64,000 bases of DNA from an uncultured Planctomycetales bacterium (GCA_964612665.1 CAZTCI010000004.1:142376-206375), one strand, 5' to 3'; counted from the first letter of the stretch, positions 1-9,335 are shown. The notes: a model not told the origin generated them from the sequence alone. Program-made: numbers and translations.

Positions 1-377
1 CGCAGTCAGCGGTTAGTCGCGGTCTTAAAGTGATTATCGCCGGTGCCGGCGGAGCCGCTCATCTTCCCGGAATGGTTGCCTCAATCACTACATTACCCGT
101 CGTGGGTGTTCCGGTTAAATCTTCGAATTCTTTAGATGGATGGGATTCGATCCTTTCCATTTTACAAATGCCCGCCGGTGTGCCGGTCGCGACCGTTGCT
201 TTAAACGGCGCCCGTAACGCCGGAATCCTCGCCGCTCAAATCATCGGAACATCCGATCCCACCGTAAGTCAGAATTTAAAAATGTTTAAAGATGTTTTAA
301 GGCAAAAAGTTGAACAGTCCGTCACTGAGGTTGAGACGGAAGAGTTGAAGCGGGTTGTGAAGTCTCGACGGAAGTGA
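1..377 (+). CDS. purE: N5-carboxyaminoimidazole ribonucleotide mutase (PurE), 5'-truncated by the window edge
   Basis: Reading frame is open from position 3. The translation [18 protein letters not shown]...[21 protein letters not shown] matches the conserved PurE core. Confidence 0.8.
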   Translation, partial: QSAVSRGLKVIIAGAGGAAHLPGMVASITTLPVVGVPVKSSNSLDGWDSILSILQMPAGVPVATVALNGARNAGILAAQIIGTSDPTVSQNLKMFKDVLRQKVEQSVTEVETEELKRVVKSRRK

Positions 378-451
378 TGTTGAGAAAATTTAGACTTTTT
401 CGAAGAGACATTGCCATCTAACTTCCGATCTCCGATTTTTGTTCTCCAAAA

Positions 452-1264
452 ATGTCAATAAATCATGAAAAGGAGTGCGCTATGAGACAAACAATTTTAT
501 TCTTCTTGTTTTTTGCCTTCGCGATTCCCGCGCGTGCGGCGCTTCAAACAGAAACAGTTGAGTATAAAGACGGTGACACTGTTCTCGAAGGTTATTTAGC
601 CTATGATGATTCCATTAAGGCCAAGCGGCCGGGCGTTTTGGTTGTTCATGAATGGAAAGGTTTAAATGATTACGCGAAAAAACGCGCGAACCAATTAGCC
701 GAATTAGGTTATGTCGCATTTGCAGCGGATATTTATGGCAAAGGAATTCGCCCGACGACAAATGAAGACGCCGGCAAGCAAGCCGGAATTTATAAAAGTG
801 ACCGGCCGCTTTTGCGTCAACGGGCGATTGCTGGTTTGAATCAATTAAAAAACAATCCGCTGGTTGATCCCAAGAAGATTGCGGCGATCGGCTATTGTTT
901 TGGCGGAACAACTGTCCTGGAATTAGCAAGAAGCGGCGCTGACCTTAAAGGTGTAGTAAGCTTTCACGGCGGATTAGATTCACTTCATCCTGAAGACGCT
1001 GAAAATATTAAAGCCAAACTCCTTGTCTTGCACGGCGCTGACGATCCATTTGTTCCGGCGAAAGATGTTGCCGCGTTTCAAAAAGAGATCGATGACGCGC
1101 GCGTTCCCATGACATTTGTTAAGTATCCCGGCGCTGTTCATGGTTTCACCAATCCGGATAATGGGACGGATGTTTCCAAAGGTGTTGCTTATAATGCTGA
1201 AGCGGATAAAAAATCATGGGAAGAAATGAAGAATTTTTTTAACGGAATCTTTGGTAAAAGCTAG
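452..1264 (+). CDS. dienelactone hydrolase family protein, secreted; probable start at ATG 482
   Basis: Signal-peptide-like N-terminus MRQTILFFLFFAFAIPARA. Alpha/beta-hydrolase motifs GYCFGG and HGADDPFVP with HGF near the C-terminus are typical of the DLH family. Confidence 0.65.
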   Translation: MSINHEKECAMRQTILFFLFFAFAIPARAALQTETVEYKDGDTVLEGYLAYDDSIKAKRPGVLVVHEWKGLNDYAKKRANQLAELGYVAFAADIYGKGIRPTTNEDAGKQAGIYKSDRPLLRQRAIAGLNQLKNNPLVDPKKIAAIGYCFGGTTVLELARSGADLKGVVSFHGGLDSLHPEDAENIKAKLLVLHGADDPFVPAKDVAAFQKEIDDARVPMTFVKYPGAVHGFTNPDNGTDVSKGVAYNAEADKKSWEEMKNFFNGIFGKS

Positions 1265-1271
1265 ATCTTTT

Positions 1272-1751
1272 ATGCGTAACATTACTGACGAATATTTTAT
1301 GCGTCTGGCCATTGCTAAAGCCCGTCGAGGCATCAAACAAGGTCAGACGCCTTTTGGCGCGTGCATTGTTCAAAACGGAAAGGTCGTCAGTTGTGTTCAT
1401 AATGGCGTTTTTAAAACAACCGATATAACCGCTCACGCCGAAATCCGCGCGATCCGTTTTGCCTGCCGTCGGTTGAAAACGATCAATCTAACAGGATGCG
1501 TCATTTACTCGACATGTGAACCTTGTCCGATGTGTTTTAGCGCCTGCCACTGGGCTAAGATCAGCCAAATTGTTTATGGAACAAATATCGCGGATGCCAA
1601 GCGGCTTGGTTTTAGTGAATTAACGATTTCAAATGCCGTTATGAAAAAATTTGGACGAAGCCCGCTTAAAATCAAAGCAGGTGTTTTAAGAGAGGAGAGT
1701 CTGGAGCTTTTTAAAACTTTTCAAAAAACGTCCAGGAAAAAAGTTTATTAA
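1272..1751 (+). CDS. CMP/dCMP-type zinc deaminase (TadA or guanine deaminase-like)
   Basis: HAE...PCPMC zinc-binding signature (HAEIRAIRFACRR...CEPCPMCFSACHWAKI). Start chosen at the first ATG that clears the upstream gene. Confidence 0.65.
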   Translation: MRNITDEYFMRLAIAKARRGIKQGQTPFGACIVQNGKVVSCVHNGVFKTTDITAHAEIRAIRFACRRLKTINLTGCVIYSTCEPCPMCFSACHWAKISQIVYGTNIADAKRLGFSELTISNAVMKKFGRSPLKIKAGVLREESLELFKTFQKTSRKKVY

Positions 1752-1759
1752 GGAGAGTT

Positions 1760-2176
1760 ATGAGACGAACGATCGGTTTTATTGTTTTAGGATGTGTTAT
1801 CAGCGGATGCGCGACCGTCGTCGGCGGCCCGGGCGAAGGACGGCAACTGGTTAATCCTGCAGCCGCTCATTTAGGGATGTCGCGCCAGGAAGTTCTTGGT
1901 GCTTTGGGTGATCATCTGACGATTGGTTATGAATTTGACAAAGCCGCGCCATCGCAAGCCAAACCGATCACTTTTAAAAATCCTTACCGGCGTGAAACAA
2001 TTGCTGCCGGCGACAAGAGTTATGATGTAGATTATTATTTTACTTCGGTCAAAAAACCAGACGACGCAATTTCCGATGATGAACTTGTTCCTTTTGTTTT
2101 TGAGAATGATAAACTGATCGGGCAGGGCTGGGAATTTTTAAATCAACTTAAAGTAAAATCTCGAACATCTCTTTAG
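1760..2176 (+). CDS. small lipoprotein, hypothetical
   Basis: N-terminal hydrophobic segment with lipobox-like ISGC. No recognisable domain. Confidence 0.35.
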   Translation: MRRTIGFIVLGCVISGCATVVGGPGEGRQLVNPAAAHLGMSRQEVLGALGDHLTIGYEFDKAAPSQAKPITFKNPYRRETIAAGDKSYDVDYYFTSVKKPDDAISDDELVPFVFENDKLIGQGWEFLNQLKVKSRTSL

Positions 2177-3539
2177 CTTTTTCAGCGGCCTCGTTATGGT
2201 TGACGAGCGGGGGGAAGTAACCTCGAATTACCTCTGCAGTGTTAGTTGGTTCGCGGTGAATTAACTCCGAACTCATATTGTTAAGTTCCGGAATCCATTT
2301 CTTAATGTAATGTGCTTGTGGATCAAATTTCTTCTGTTGCCGCCATGGGTCGAAAATACGAAAGTAAGGTTGAGCATCACAGCCCGTCGACGCCGCCCAT
2401 TGCCAATTGCCGTTATTGACACAAGGGTCGTAGTCAACTAGCCGCGTGGCAAAATATTTTTCACCCCACCGCCAATCAATCCGCAAATCTTTCACCAAAA
2501 AAGAAGCCGTGATCATTCGGACACGGTTATGCATGAAACCAGTTTGATGAAGTTCACGCATACCGGCATCAACAATTGGAAAACCGGTTTTACCTTCGCA
2601 CCATGCTTTAAAAGAATCTTCATTATTTTCCCAAGCCAATTTAGCATACTTGTCATGAAACGGCTGGCCGAAGACATAAGGAAAATGATAGCCGATATGT
2701 GTAAAAAAATCCCGCCAGTAAAGCTGACGCAATAAAGGATGTTCAGCGCCGAGCTGCGACTGAATCGTGTAAAAGCTTTCGCGGATGGAACAGGTTCCAA
2801 ATTTATGATGTGCCGAAAGTCTGGTTGTGCCGTCGAGATTTGGAAAATCCCGTTGGTTTGCATAGTCCTCAAATTCCTTCACTGACTTAAAAATTTTGAG
2901 TGCTTGAGAGCGGCCGCCATGAAAAGTTGCCCCTTTAAATGAATGGATTAATGTTGATAGTATTTTTTTATTTTCGAGATGTGATGGGCCGTTGAAGTAG
3001 TTAGTATAAGTATTCTTTTGAGGTTGGGAAACTTTCCGCGCGAAAGCTTTTTGAAAGAAAGGCGTAAAAACCGTGTACGGCCCGCCGGTTTGTTTTTGAA
3101 CTTCGTCAGGTTCATGCAAAAGACAATCCGCGCAGGCGTGAAAGGGAATGCGGTGAGTTTGAGCGATTTTTTTCATGGCTAAGTCGCGGCTTGTACCAAA
3201 CGGCGTGTAATCTTTGTTGCAATAAATTGCGTCGAAAGAATGTTCGCGGATTAAGTCGGCGAGGATTTTTTCTGGTTTGTCTTGGAAGAAAAATAATCTG
3301 GCGCCGCATTTTGATAAATCCGCGGCTAATTCTTCAAGCGATTCCAGCATGAAACAAAAAGCGGGTCTGCTTCGGTAGGGATGGTCATCAATCTGCCGCG
3401 GATCAAAGATAAAGCAAGGCATGACCTCGACGGAATCTTTAAGCGCTTGAATTAACCCCGTATTGTCTTGCAGGCGCAAATCACGACGGAAAATAAATAA
3501 AGTTCTTTTGTATTTTTTCGTTTTGGGCAACATAAACAT
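2148..3539 (-). CDS. phr: deoxyribodipyrimidine photolyase / cryptochrome family
   Basis: N-terminal LFIFRRDLRLQDNTGL photolyase motif. The C-terminal FAD-binding region (WRDFF, TGFPIVDAGMRELHQTGFMHNRVRMI, NNGNWQW) is the classic photolyase signature. Real start probably MLPK..., not the longer ORF-track start. The 3' end overlaps the convergent lipoprotein gene by ~29 bp. Confidence 0.8.
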   Translation of the reverse strand: MFMLPKTKKYKRTLFIFRRDLRLQDNTGLIQALKDSVEVMPCFIFDPRQIDDHPYRSRPAFCFMLESLEELAADLSKCGARLFFFQDKPEKILADLIREHSFDAIYCNKDYTPFGTSRDLAMKKIAQTHRIPFHACADCLLHEPDEVQKQTGGPYTVFTPFFQKAFARKVSQPQKNTYTNYFNGPSHLENKKILSTLIHSFKGATFHGGRSQALKIFKSVKEFEDYANQRDFPNLDGTTRLSAHHKFGTCSIRESFYTIQSQLGAEHPLLRQLYWRDFFTHIGYHFPYVFGQPFHDKYAKLAWENNEDSFKAWCEGKTGFPIVDAGMRELHQTGFMHNRVRMITASFLVKDLRIDWRWGEKYFATRLVDYDPCVNNGNWQWAASTGCDAQPYFRIFDPWRQQKKFDPQAHYIKKWIPELNNMSSELIHREPTNTAEVIRGYFPPLVNHNEAAEKAKEMFEILL

Positions 3540-3596
3540 CTTAGTATATAATTTACGCAGTTTAATTCTATGGTTTTGTGTAATCAAAAAACGAAT

Positions 3597-4541
3597 ATGA
3601 AAAATTTTCAAACCAAATTTTACTCCGCCGCGCTTTTGTTACCTTTTCAAATTGAACGTCCCGTTGATTGGCCGCAGCGTTTCGGCCGCCGGGCACCGTT
3701 GGAAGTGGAAATAGGGGCGGGGCTTGGTGAACATATTGTTCGTTTAGCCGAAAAGGCGAGGGAAACCGATTTTGTCGCCATCGAAAACGATTGGCAGCGC
3801 GCCGCCAAGATTTTAAAAAAAATAGCCCGCCAGAATCTTAAGAATATAAAAGTCCTTCCAACTGATGCGCGCTTGGTTTTTGAAAGATTGATTGTCCCAT
3901 CGAGTGTTCAACGGATTCACTGTCTTTTTCCCTGTCCTTGGCCCAAGAAAAGACACGCCAAGCACCGTTTGTTTACTCAGGAATTCTTTCAGCTCTTAAA
4001 CAGCCGGCTCACATCCGATGGTAACGTTCATATTGTTACAGACCATTTCTCTTATACAGAATGGATCAAAGAAGAATTGGCTCAAACAGGTTTTGAACTA
4101 CAAGAGCAGATTATTGCGCCACAATTTAACACCAAATTTGAACGCAAATGGCTCGAAAGCGGACAAACCGCTTTTTTTGAAATGTTCCTTTATAAAAGAG
4201 AGCATCTTGACCGTCCGATTAAAAGAGATGTTGTATTAAGGGAAGGTATATTGGACTTCTTTAATCCAGATATCTTAAAAAATAAATTAAAGACAAAGTC
4301 GGTAAATAGCGACCAAAATATTCCCGTTATCTTAAAAGAATTTCTGTTTGATCCTCAGCAGGAAAAAGGCAAGGTACGGGCGCTTGTGGTTGAAAAGGAC
4401 ATCGAACAGCATCTGTGGATTGAAATTTCCCGTCGGGAAGAAGGTTGGATGATATTTCCTTCGTCCAGTAGCCCGTTTATTCCCACCCCAGGAATCCAAA
4501 AAGCGATTGATCTCGTACTGGCCCATGCAAAAGATCATTGA
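3597..4541 (+). CDS. trmB: tRNA (guanine-N7)-methyltransferase with ~100-aa C-terminal extension
   Basis: VEIGAGLGEHIVRLAEKARETDFVAIE...NIKVLPTDA...FPCPWPKKRHAKHR is the TrmB signature. Alternative start at 3570. The C-terminal third has no recognisable domain. Confidence 0.7.
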   Translation: MKNFQTKFYSAALLLPFQIERPVDWPQRFGRRAPLEVEIGAGLGEHIVRLAEKARETDFVAIENDWQRAAKILKKIARQNLKNIKVLPTDARLVFERLIVPSSVQRIHCLFPCPWPKKRHAKHRLFTQEFFQLLNSRLTSDGNVHIVTDHFSYTEWIKEELAQTGFELQEQIIAPQFNTKFERKWLESGQTAFFEMFLYKREHLDRPIKRDVVLREGILDFFNPDILKNKLKTKSVNSDQNIPVILKEFLFDPQQEKGKVRALVVEKDIEQHLWIEISRREEGWMIFPSSSSPFIPTPGIQKAIDLVLAHAKDH

Positions 4542-4650
4542 ACCTTAAATCCAAGGAGGATCATTCAATAAAACGTGCAAGATGTTCTTGATTCACTGAA
4601 GAATCTGGTTACAATGAGTCCCATGTTTATTGACTTTTTCTTCACCAATA

Positions 4651-4745
4651 TTACTGGCCTTTTCTCTCCCAAAGATAAGCTTATTCTATCATTGTCAGCG
4701 AGAAAAGGCCTAGTACTAGACTTTTGCAATGCAAAAGTCAGTAAG
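4651..4745. mobile_element. MITE-like palindromic element, family C copy 1 (95 bp)
   Basis: Near-identical reverse-complement copy at 17317..17411. Internal perfect palindrome gacttttgcaatgcaaaagtc. Termini ttactg...cagtaa. Lies in the intergenic region between trmB and the carboxypeptidase gene, where the ORF track over-extends through it. Confidence 0.75.
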
Positions 4746-4835
4746 GTAGTCAATATTTGGCCTTTTTCTAGAAGGGAAAAAGTCTTAATATTGGATTTCC
4801 TTAATATTGGTTTGGAAAAGGCCAATAAAACTCTG

Positions 4836-5687
4836 TTGAAACAGCGCCAAACGCGACGGGTTGTCATTGTATTTCTTTTTTGTTTAAGTTTTAGTTCAAT
4901 TACAATCACGCCGTCCTTTGCCAAGCTAAAAACTCTTCACAAAAAAACGGGTTCTTACGTTGTCTCCGCTAAATCCGCCATTGTATTAAGCGCTCGAGGA
5001 AAACAATTTTATCAGAAAAATATTTTTCGGCCCGTTCAGCCCGCCAGCACGACCAAAGTCATGACGGCCATTTTGGTTTTAGAAAAATTACCTTTAGACC
5101 AAGTGTTAACAGTCAAAGAAACAGCGACGTGGGTTCAGCCGAGCCGGCTTGATTTAAAGCCCGGCGAACACTATCGTGTTTCTGATCTCTTATATGCACT
5201 TTTAATCAACTCAGCTAACGATGCCAGTGTGGTATTGGCGGAAGGTGTAGCTGGATCGGAGGCCAATTTTGTTCAATTGATGAACCGGCGTGCGCGCCAA
5301 CTTGGTGCAACGCGCACCAGGTTCGTGAATGCGCATGGGCTTCCAGTCAAAGGGAAAACTCAATTTACAACCGCTTATGATATGGCGATGATTTTTAAAA
5401 CAGCTCTGAAAAATAGTTTTTTCAGAAACACTATCGCTCAGCGTTACAAAATTATCTATTCACAAGAAGGTCGTCGGATAACATTAAAGAATCATAACCG
5501 AATGCTTTTTACCCCGTGGGGTAAAGATATTAGGGGAAAAACAGGTTATACGCGCGCGGCGCAATCGTGCTTTGTTGGTTATATGCCTCAAGGGAAGGAT
5601 GATTTGCTTGTGGCCGTTTTCGGCTGCAGCCGCCGATGGCATGATATTCATTATTTAATGATGAAGTATGGAGGGTTAAGACGGTAA
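4836..5687 (+). CDS. D-alanyl-D-alanine carboxypeptidase (peptidase S11, PBP5/6-like); start uncertain (TTG or CTG candidate)
   Basis: Signal peptide RRVVIVFLFCLSFSSITITPSFA, then the SxxK motif (PASTTKVMTA) and SAN motif (LINSANDA) of class A low-MW PBPs. No in-frame ATG lies between the MITE and the signal peptide. Confidence 0.65.
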   Translation: MKQRQTRRVVIVFLFCLSFSSITITPSFAKLKTLHKKTGSYVVSAKSAIVLSARGKQFYQKNIFRPVQPASTTKVMTAILVLEKLPLDQVLTVKETATWVQPSRLDLKPGEHYRVSDLLYALLINSANDASVVLAEGVAGSEANFVQLMNRRARQLGATRTRFVNAHGLPVKGKTQFTTAYDMAMIFKTALKNSFFRNTIAQRYKIIYSQEGRRITLKNHNRMLFTPWGKDIRGKTGYTRAAQSCFVGYMPQGKDDLLVAVFGCSRRWHDIHYLMMKYGGLRR

Positions 5688-5692
5688 GTAAT

Positions 5693-5826
5693 TATTTAAT
5701 TTTAAGACTTTCGCGTTTGGCTATGAACGAACTGAGAACCAGCTCTGCCTTCATCGATATTTAGAAAAGGTAGAACAGGTTCTCCGTGAGAGAAAAGCCA
5801 AACGCGAAAGTCTTAAAATTAAATAA
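5693..5826. repeat. 31-bp perfect inverted repeat separated by a 72-bp spacer
   Basis: ttatttaattttaagactttcgcgtttggct (5693..5723) is the exact reverse complement of 5796..5826. The spacer contains a nested gagaacc...ggttctc pair. Confidence 0.8.
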
Positions 5827-5941
5827 AAGTCGTTTATTGGCTTTTTCCTTTTCAAAGAAAGGTTTTTATTTTTAATAAAAACATAAACTTCATTGAAAAC
5901 TGTCTTATTTTGCGTTAAAATTCACAGCAAAATGGAGAAGT

Positions 5942-6130
5942 ATGGACGATAGCGTTAAAAAAGCTATAACTTACTTATTGTTCTCCGTCGGATGTGGCAT
6001 TTTTCTTTGCGTGCTTTTATTAAAAGTTGATGTCATGGCAAAGCAAGTGGATAGCCAAGTGAAAATGGTTTCCTCCGAGTCAGATTGGCAGGCCTTTCAG
6101 GAATTTCATAAAAAACCCGCAGCCAAGTAA
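5942..6130 (+). CDS. small hypothetical membrane protein
   Basis: 62-aa ORF with one hydrophobic helix (LLFSVGCGIFLCVLLL). No homology recognised. Confidence 0.25.
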   Translation: MDDSVKKAITYLLFSVGCGIFLCVLLLKVDVMAKQVDSQVKMVSSESDWQAFQEFHKKPAAK

Positions 6131-6204
6131 ATTAAAAATCTTTAGCAGTTCAGCAAAATTGCGAGGGCATGCTTTAACTAAAATTTTTAACAAAGGATAA
6201 ATTT

Positions 6205-6999
6205 ATGAGAGAGAAAATTTTATCAATGGTTATTTTTGTGTTTGTTGGCATTGTGATTGGCGTTGCCGTCGCCGTTCAGCGCACAACGAATCCGGTTATG
6301 ATAGATCAATTGACTGAAACCGTCCGGTCTTTAAAACAAGTCGAGGCGCATTTAGCGGTCATTGAAAAACACGCTGACACCGTTGCCGCGTTTTTCAAAA
6401 ACGTGGAAGATCAGAACAAGAGAATGCAAGGGCAGCAGCGTCAACAAGGTCCGACGGAAGACTATAGTAAAGTCTATGAAATTGATCCTGGCTCTTCACC
6501 TATTAGAGGTAAGAAGGATGCTCCAGTCACTATCGTTGCTTTTATGGATTTTCAATGTCCCTTTTGCCAACGCTTTCACCCGCCTATCATTGAAACGCTC
6601 AAAGCCTATCCTGACAAAGTTCGATATATTTTAAAGAATTATCCGTTACCTTTTCATCCCCAGGCCCGGCCCGCCGCTAAGGCCGCGCTGGCAGCTGGCG
6701 AACAAGGCAAGTATTACGAGATGGCTGATCTTTTATTGTCCAGCGGTACAAATTTGACCGACGCTCATTTTGAAGAATTGGCCAAACAGCTGGGGTTGGA
6801 TGTTGAGAAATTCAAGAAAGATTATAAAGAAAAAGACGCCAATTGGGAAAAAATCCTCAATGACGATATGGCGTTAGGATCAAAAGTGGATGTCCAAGGA
6901 ACGCCCACCTTTTTCATAAACGGCCGCAAGACAATGGCCCGCGATTTTAATAGTTTCAAAACAGAAATCGACAAGATTCTGAGCGAACAACCTAAATAA
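6205..6999 (+). CDS. DsbA-family thiol:disulfide oxidoreductase with N-terminal membrane anchor and coiled-coil linker
   Basis: Thioredoxin-fold CPFC active site (FMDFQCPFCQRFHP) and DsbA-like C-terminal region. N-terminal TM helix. Confidence 0.65.
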   Translation: MREKILSMVIFVFVGIVIGVAVAVQRTTNPVMIDQLTETVRSLKQVEAHLAVIEKHADTVAAFFKNVEDQNKRMQGQQRQQGPTEDYSKVYEIDPGSSPIRGKKDAPVTIVAFMDFQCPFCQRFHPPIIETLKAYPDKVRYILKNYPLPFHPQARPAAKAALAAGEQGKYYEMADLLLSSGTNLTDAHFEELAKQLGLDVEKFKKDYKEKDANWEKILNDDMALGSKVDVQGTPTFFINGRKTMARDFNSFKTEIDKILSEQPK

Positions 7000-7007
7000 A
7001 TAATAAA

Positions 7008-7037
7008 GCAGGGACGGCCTGCTCTGGCTGTCCCTGC
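7008..7037 (+). terminator. hairpin downstream of the DsbA-like gene
   Basis: gcagggacgg...ctgtccctgc imperfect stem directly after the stop codon. Weak U-tract. Confidence 0.4.
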
Positions 7038-7164
7038 CAATTTCCGTCAAGAACCCCTCCCTAAGGTAAAAAAAAGTTGCATTAAAATCCTTTATAGTAT
7101 ATTATTTTTAAGTCTAAAGACGGCTCGAAAGGCCGTCTGTACAATTTTAATGGAGGTAGCTTTA

Positions 7165-7422
7165 ATGACAAAGATCGGCGGTACGACAAAAAAATATTAT
7201 AAAGAGACCCGCGGCATAAAGGTTAGCGGCGGTCAAACTGTAACAGCCGGAACCATTCTTACCCGCGAAGGCCACCGTTGGCAGCCTGGCATTAATGTCA
7301 TCGGTCGAACTCATCTCACTGCCGCCTGCGCTGGTGAGGTTTATTTCACCCGCAAAAGAGGAAGTTATCGAAGAGCCATTACCATTGTTAACGTAAGACC
7401 CATAGATCCTAAGGCAAATTAA
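7165..7422 (+). CDS. rpmA: 50S ribosomal protein L27
   Basis: GIKVSGGQTVTAGTILTREGHRWQPGINVIGRTHLTAACAGEVYF aligns with the conserved L27 core. No rplU upstream. Confidence 0.65.
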   Translation: MTKIGGTTKKYYKETRGIKVSGGQTVTAGTILTREGHRWQPGINVIGRTHLTAACAGEVYFTRKRGSYRRAITIVNVRPIDPKAN

Positions 7423-7486
7423 AATCAACCCTAAATCTTAAATTCCAAAGCTTTCAATTCTGGAATTTTAAAAATGTTTATAAAAT

Positions 7487-9319
7487 ATGTGCGGCATAAT
7501 TGGTTACGTTGGTCACAAAGAGGCCGTGGGCATTTTGGTCGACGGTCTAAAGAAGCTCGAATATCGCGGTTATGATTCTAGTGGCGTTGGTGTTGTTTCA
7601 GCCCATGATGGAAAAATCGCGGTCCGCAAGAGCGAAGGCAAGATTCAAAATCTAGTCAATCTCATCAAAGCCAATCATTTACCCCAAAGTTCCGTCGGAA
7701 TATCCCACACCCGCTGGGCAACCCACGGTGTTCCGAATCGGATTAATGCCCATCCTCATTTTGATTGTTCCCACAAAATTCTGGTCGTTCATAACGGCAT
7801 TATTGAAAATTATCAAGAACTTAAAAGCAGTTTAGCCAAAAAAGGCCATAAATTTCTTTCCCAAACTGATACTGAAGTCGTTGCCCACCTCATTGAAGAA
7901 TATAATTACGGCGATATTTTAGAAGCGGTCAAACGCGCAATTAGTGAATTAAAAGGCGCTTTTGCGTTAGGGATCATTAATAGTGATCAGCCTGATACAT
8001 TGATCGCCGCCCGAGTCGGTTCTCCGCTCATTGTTGGCGTAGGACAGGGCGAACATTTTATTGCTTCCGATGTGCCAGCCATATTGGATAAAACTCGTCG
8101 GATTATTTATCTTCAAGATGAACAGCTCGCGGTCATTAAGAAAGATGGACTTAAACTCTTAGATTTTCGGGGCACGCTTTTAACACCGAAGGTTGATTCG
8201 GTTTCTTTCAGCATTGGTTCAGCGCAGAAGGAAGGTTATCCGCATTTTATGCTGAAAGAAATTCATGAACAACCGAAGGTCCTGTCCCAAATGATTTCAG
8301 CGCACATTAAAGGCGGCAAAATTATTTTAGAAGGATTGCATCTTAAGGAAAAAGAATTAAAAAATATTGAACAAATGATGATTGTCGCCTGCGGGACCGC
8401 TTATCACGCTGGGATGGTTGGTAAATATATTATTGAACAGCTGGCAGGATTGCCAGTTGCCGTAGATGTGTCGTCGGAATTTCGTTATCGTTCGCCGATT
8501 ATAAGTAAGAAAACATTAATTGTCGCCATCAGTCAGTCTGGTGAAACCGCTGATACGCTTGCGGCTGTTAAGGAAGCTAAAGCCAAAGGCGCTAAAGTTG
8601 TTTCTATATGTAATGTGTTGGGATCGTCTTTGGTGCGTGAGTCCGACGGTGTTTTGTATACACATGCTGGCCCGGAAATCGGAGTCGCCTCGACTAAAGC
8701 ATACACCGCCCAATTAGGCATGCTTTATCTTTTAGCTTTGAAATTAGGCGAAATGCGTAAAGTATTACCTGCACCTGAGCTTAAAAACATTGCTGAAGAT
8801 CTAAAGAAAATTCCGCATCTTTATGAAGAGATTTTAAAGATTAAAACTAGTGTTGGTAAAATTGCGCGGGCCAATTCCCATTTTGGTTCGTTTCTTTTTT
8901 TGGGCAGGAATGTCAATTATCCTTCAGCCCTTGAAGGTGCACTTAAATTAAAAGAAATTTCTTATATTCCCGCTGAAGGCTACGCCGCCGGTGAAATGAA
9001 ACACGGACCTATTGCGCTCATTGATGAATACCGCGCTGTTGTTTGTATCGCGCCACATGCCGACACTTATGAAAAAATGATTTCCAATATGCAAGAAATC
9101 CGCGCGCGTAAAGGAAAGATCATCGCGATTGCGACCGCCGGCGATACCACCATCAAACAACACGCGCACCACGTTATTTACATTCCCAAAACAAATCAAA
9201 TCCTGACACCTCTTTTGGCGGCGCTTCCTTTACAGATGATTGCTTATTATATTGCCACCAAGCGCGGGTGTGATGTCGATCAACCGCGTAATCTGGCTAA
9301 GTCAGTTACGGTCGAATGA
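7487..9319 (+). CDS. glmS: glutamine--fructose-6-phosphate aminotransferase (isomerizing)
   Basis: N-terminal MCGIIGYVG Ntn-amidotransferase start, two SIS domains, C-terminal ...VDQPRNLAKSVTVE. Confidence 0.95.
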   Translation: MCGIIGYVGHKEAVGILVDGLKKLEYRGYDSSGVGVVSAHDGKIAVRKSEGKIQNLVNLIKANHLPQSSVGISHTRWATHGVPNRINAHPHFDCSHKILVVHNGIIENYQELKSSLAKKGHKFLSQTDTEVVAHLIEEYNYGDILEAVKRAISELKGAFALGIINSDQPDTLIAARVGSPLIVGVGQGEHFIASDVPAILDKTRRIIYLQDEQLAVIKKDGLKLLDFRGTLLTPKVDSVSFSIGSAQKEGYPHFMLKEIHEQPKVLSQMISAHIKGGKIILEGLHLKEKELKNIEQMMIVACGTAYHAGMVGKYIIEQLAGLPVAVDVSSEFRYRSPIISKKTLIVAISQSGETADTLAAVKEAKAKGAKVVSICNVLGSSLVRESDGVLYTHAGPEIGVASTKAYTAQLGMLYLLALKLGEMRKVLPAPELKNIAEDLKKIPHLYEEILKIKTSVGKIARANSHFGSFLFLGRNVNYPSALEGALKLKEISYIPAEGYAAGEMKHGPIALIDEYRAVVCIAPHADTYEKMISNMQEIRARKGKIIAIATAGDTTIKQHAHHVIYIPKTNQILTPLLAALPLQMIAYYIATKRGCDVDQPRNLAKSVTVE

Positions 9320-9335
9320 AGTCTTCATTAGAAAT

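Noticed and set aside
615-929. Minus-strand ORF of 104 aa inside the dienelactone hydrolase gene
   Set aside because: Entirely antisense to a well-supported CDS. No motifs. Typical shadow ORF. The same applies to 1239..1436, 2513..2872, 2529..2735, 3112..3309, 8516..8721, 8948..9199, 13206..13478, 14142..14441, 14861..15269, 16100..16318, 18356..18550, 20563..21327, 22870..23214, 25138..25429, 36373..36820, 40419..40890, 48518..49454, 49773..50108, 53632..54090, 54324..55106, 56584..56937, 58182..58541 and similar antisense or alternative-frame ORFs.
2148-2176. 29-bp convergent overlap between the lipoprotein gene and the photolyase gene as a regulatory antisense arrangement
   Set aside because: Short 3'-3' overlaps are common in compact genomes and either ORF end could be slightly mis-called. 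No further evidence.
4575-4835. N-terminal 87 codons of the ORF-track carboxypeptidase model
   Set aside because: They are translated from the family C MITE-like element and AT-rich spacer. The signal peptide begins only at ~4836. Treated as intergenic.
7430-7486. glmS ribozyme upstream of glmS
   Set aside because: Only ~60 nt separate rpmA and glmS, and they contain a simple hairpin. This is far too short for the ~170-nt ribozyme, and the conserved core is absent.
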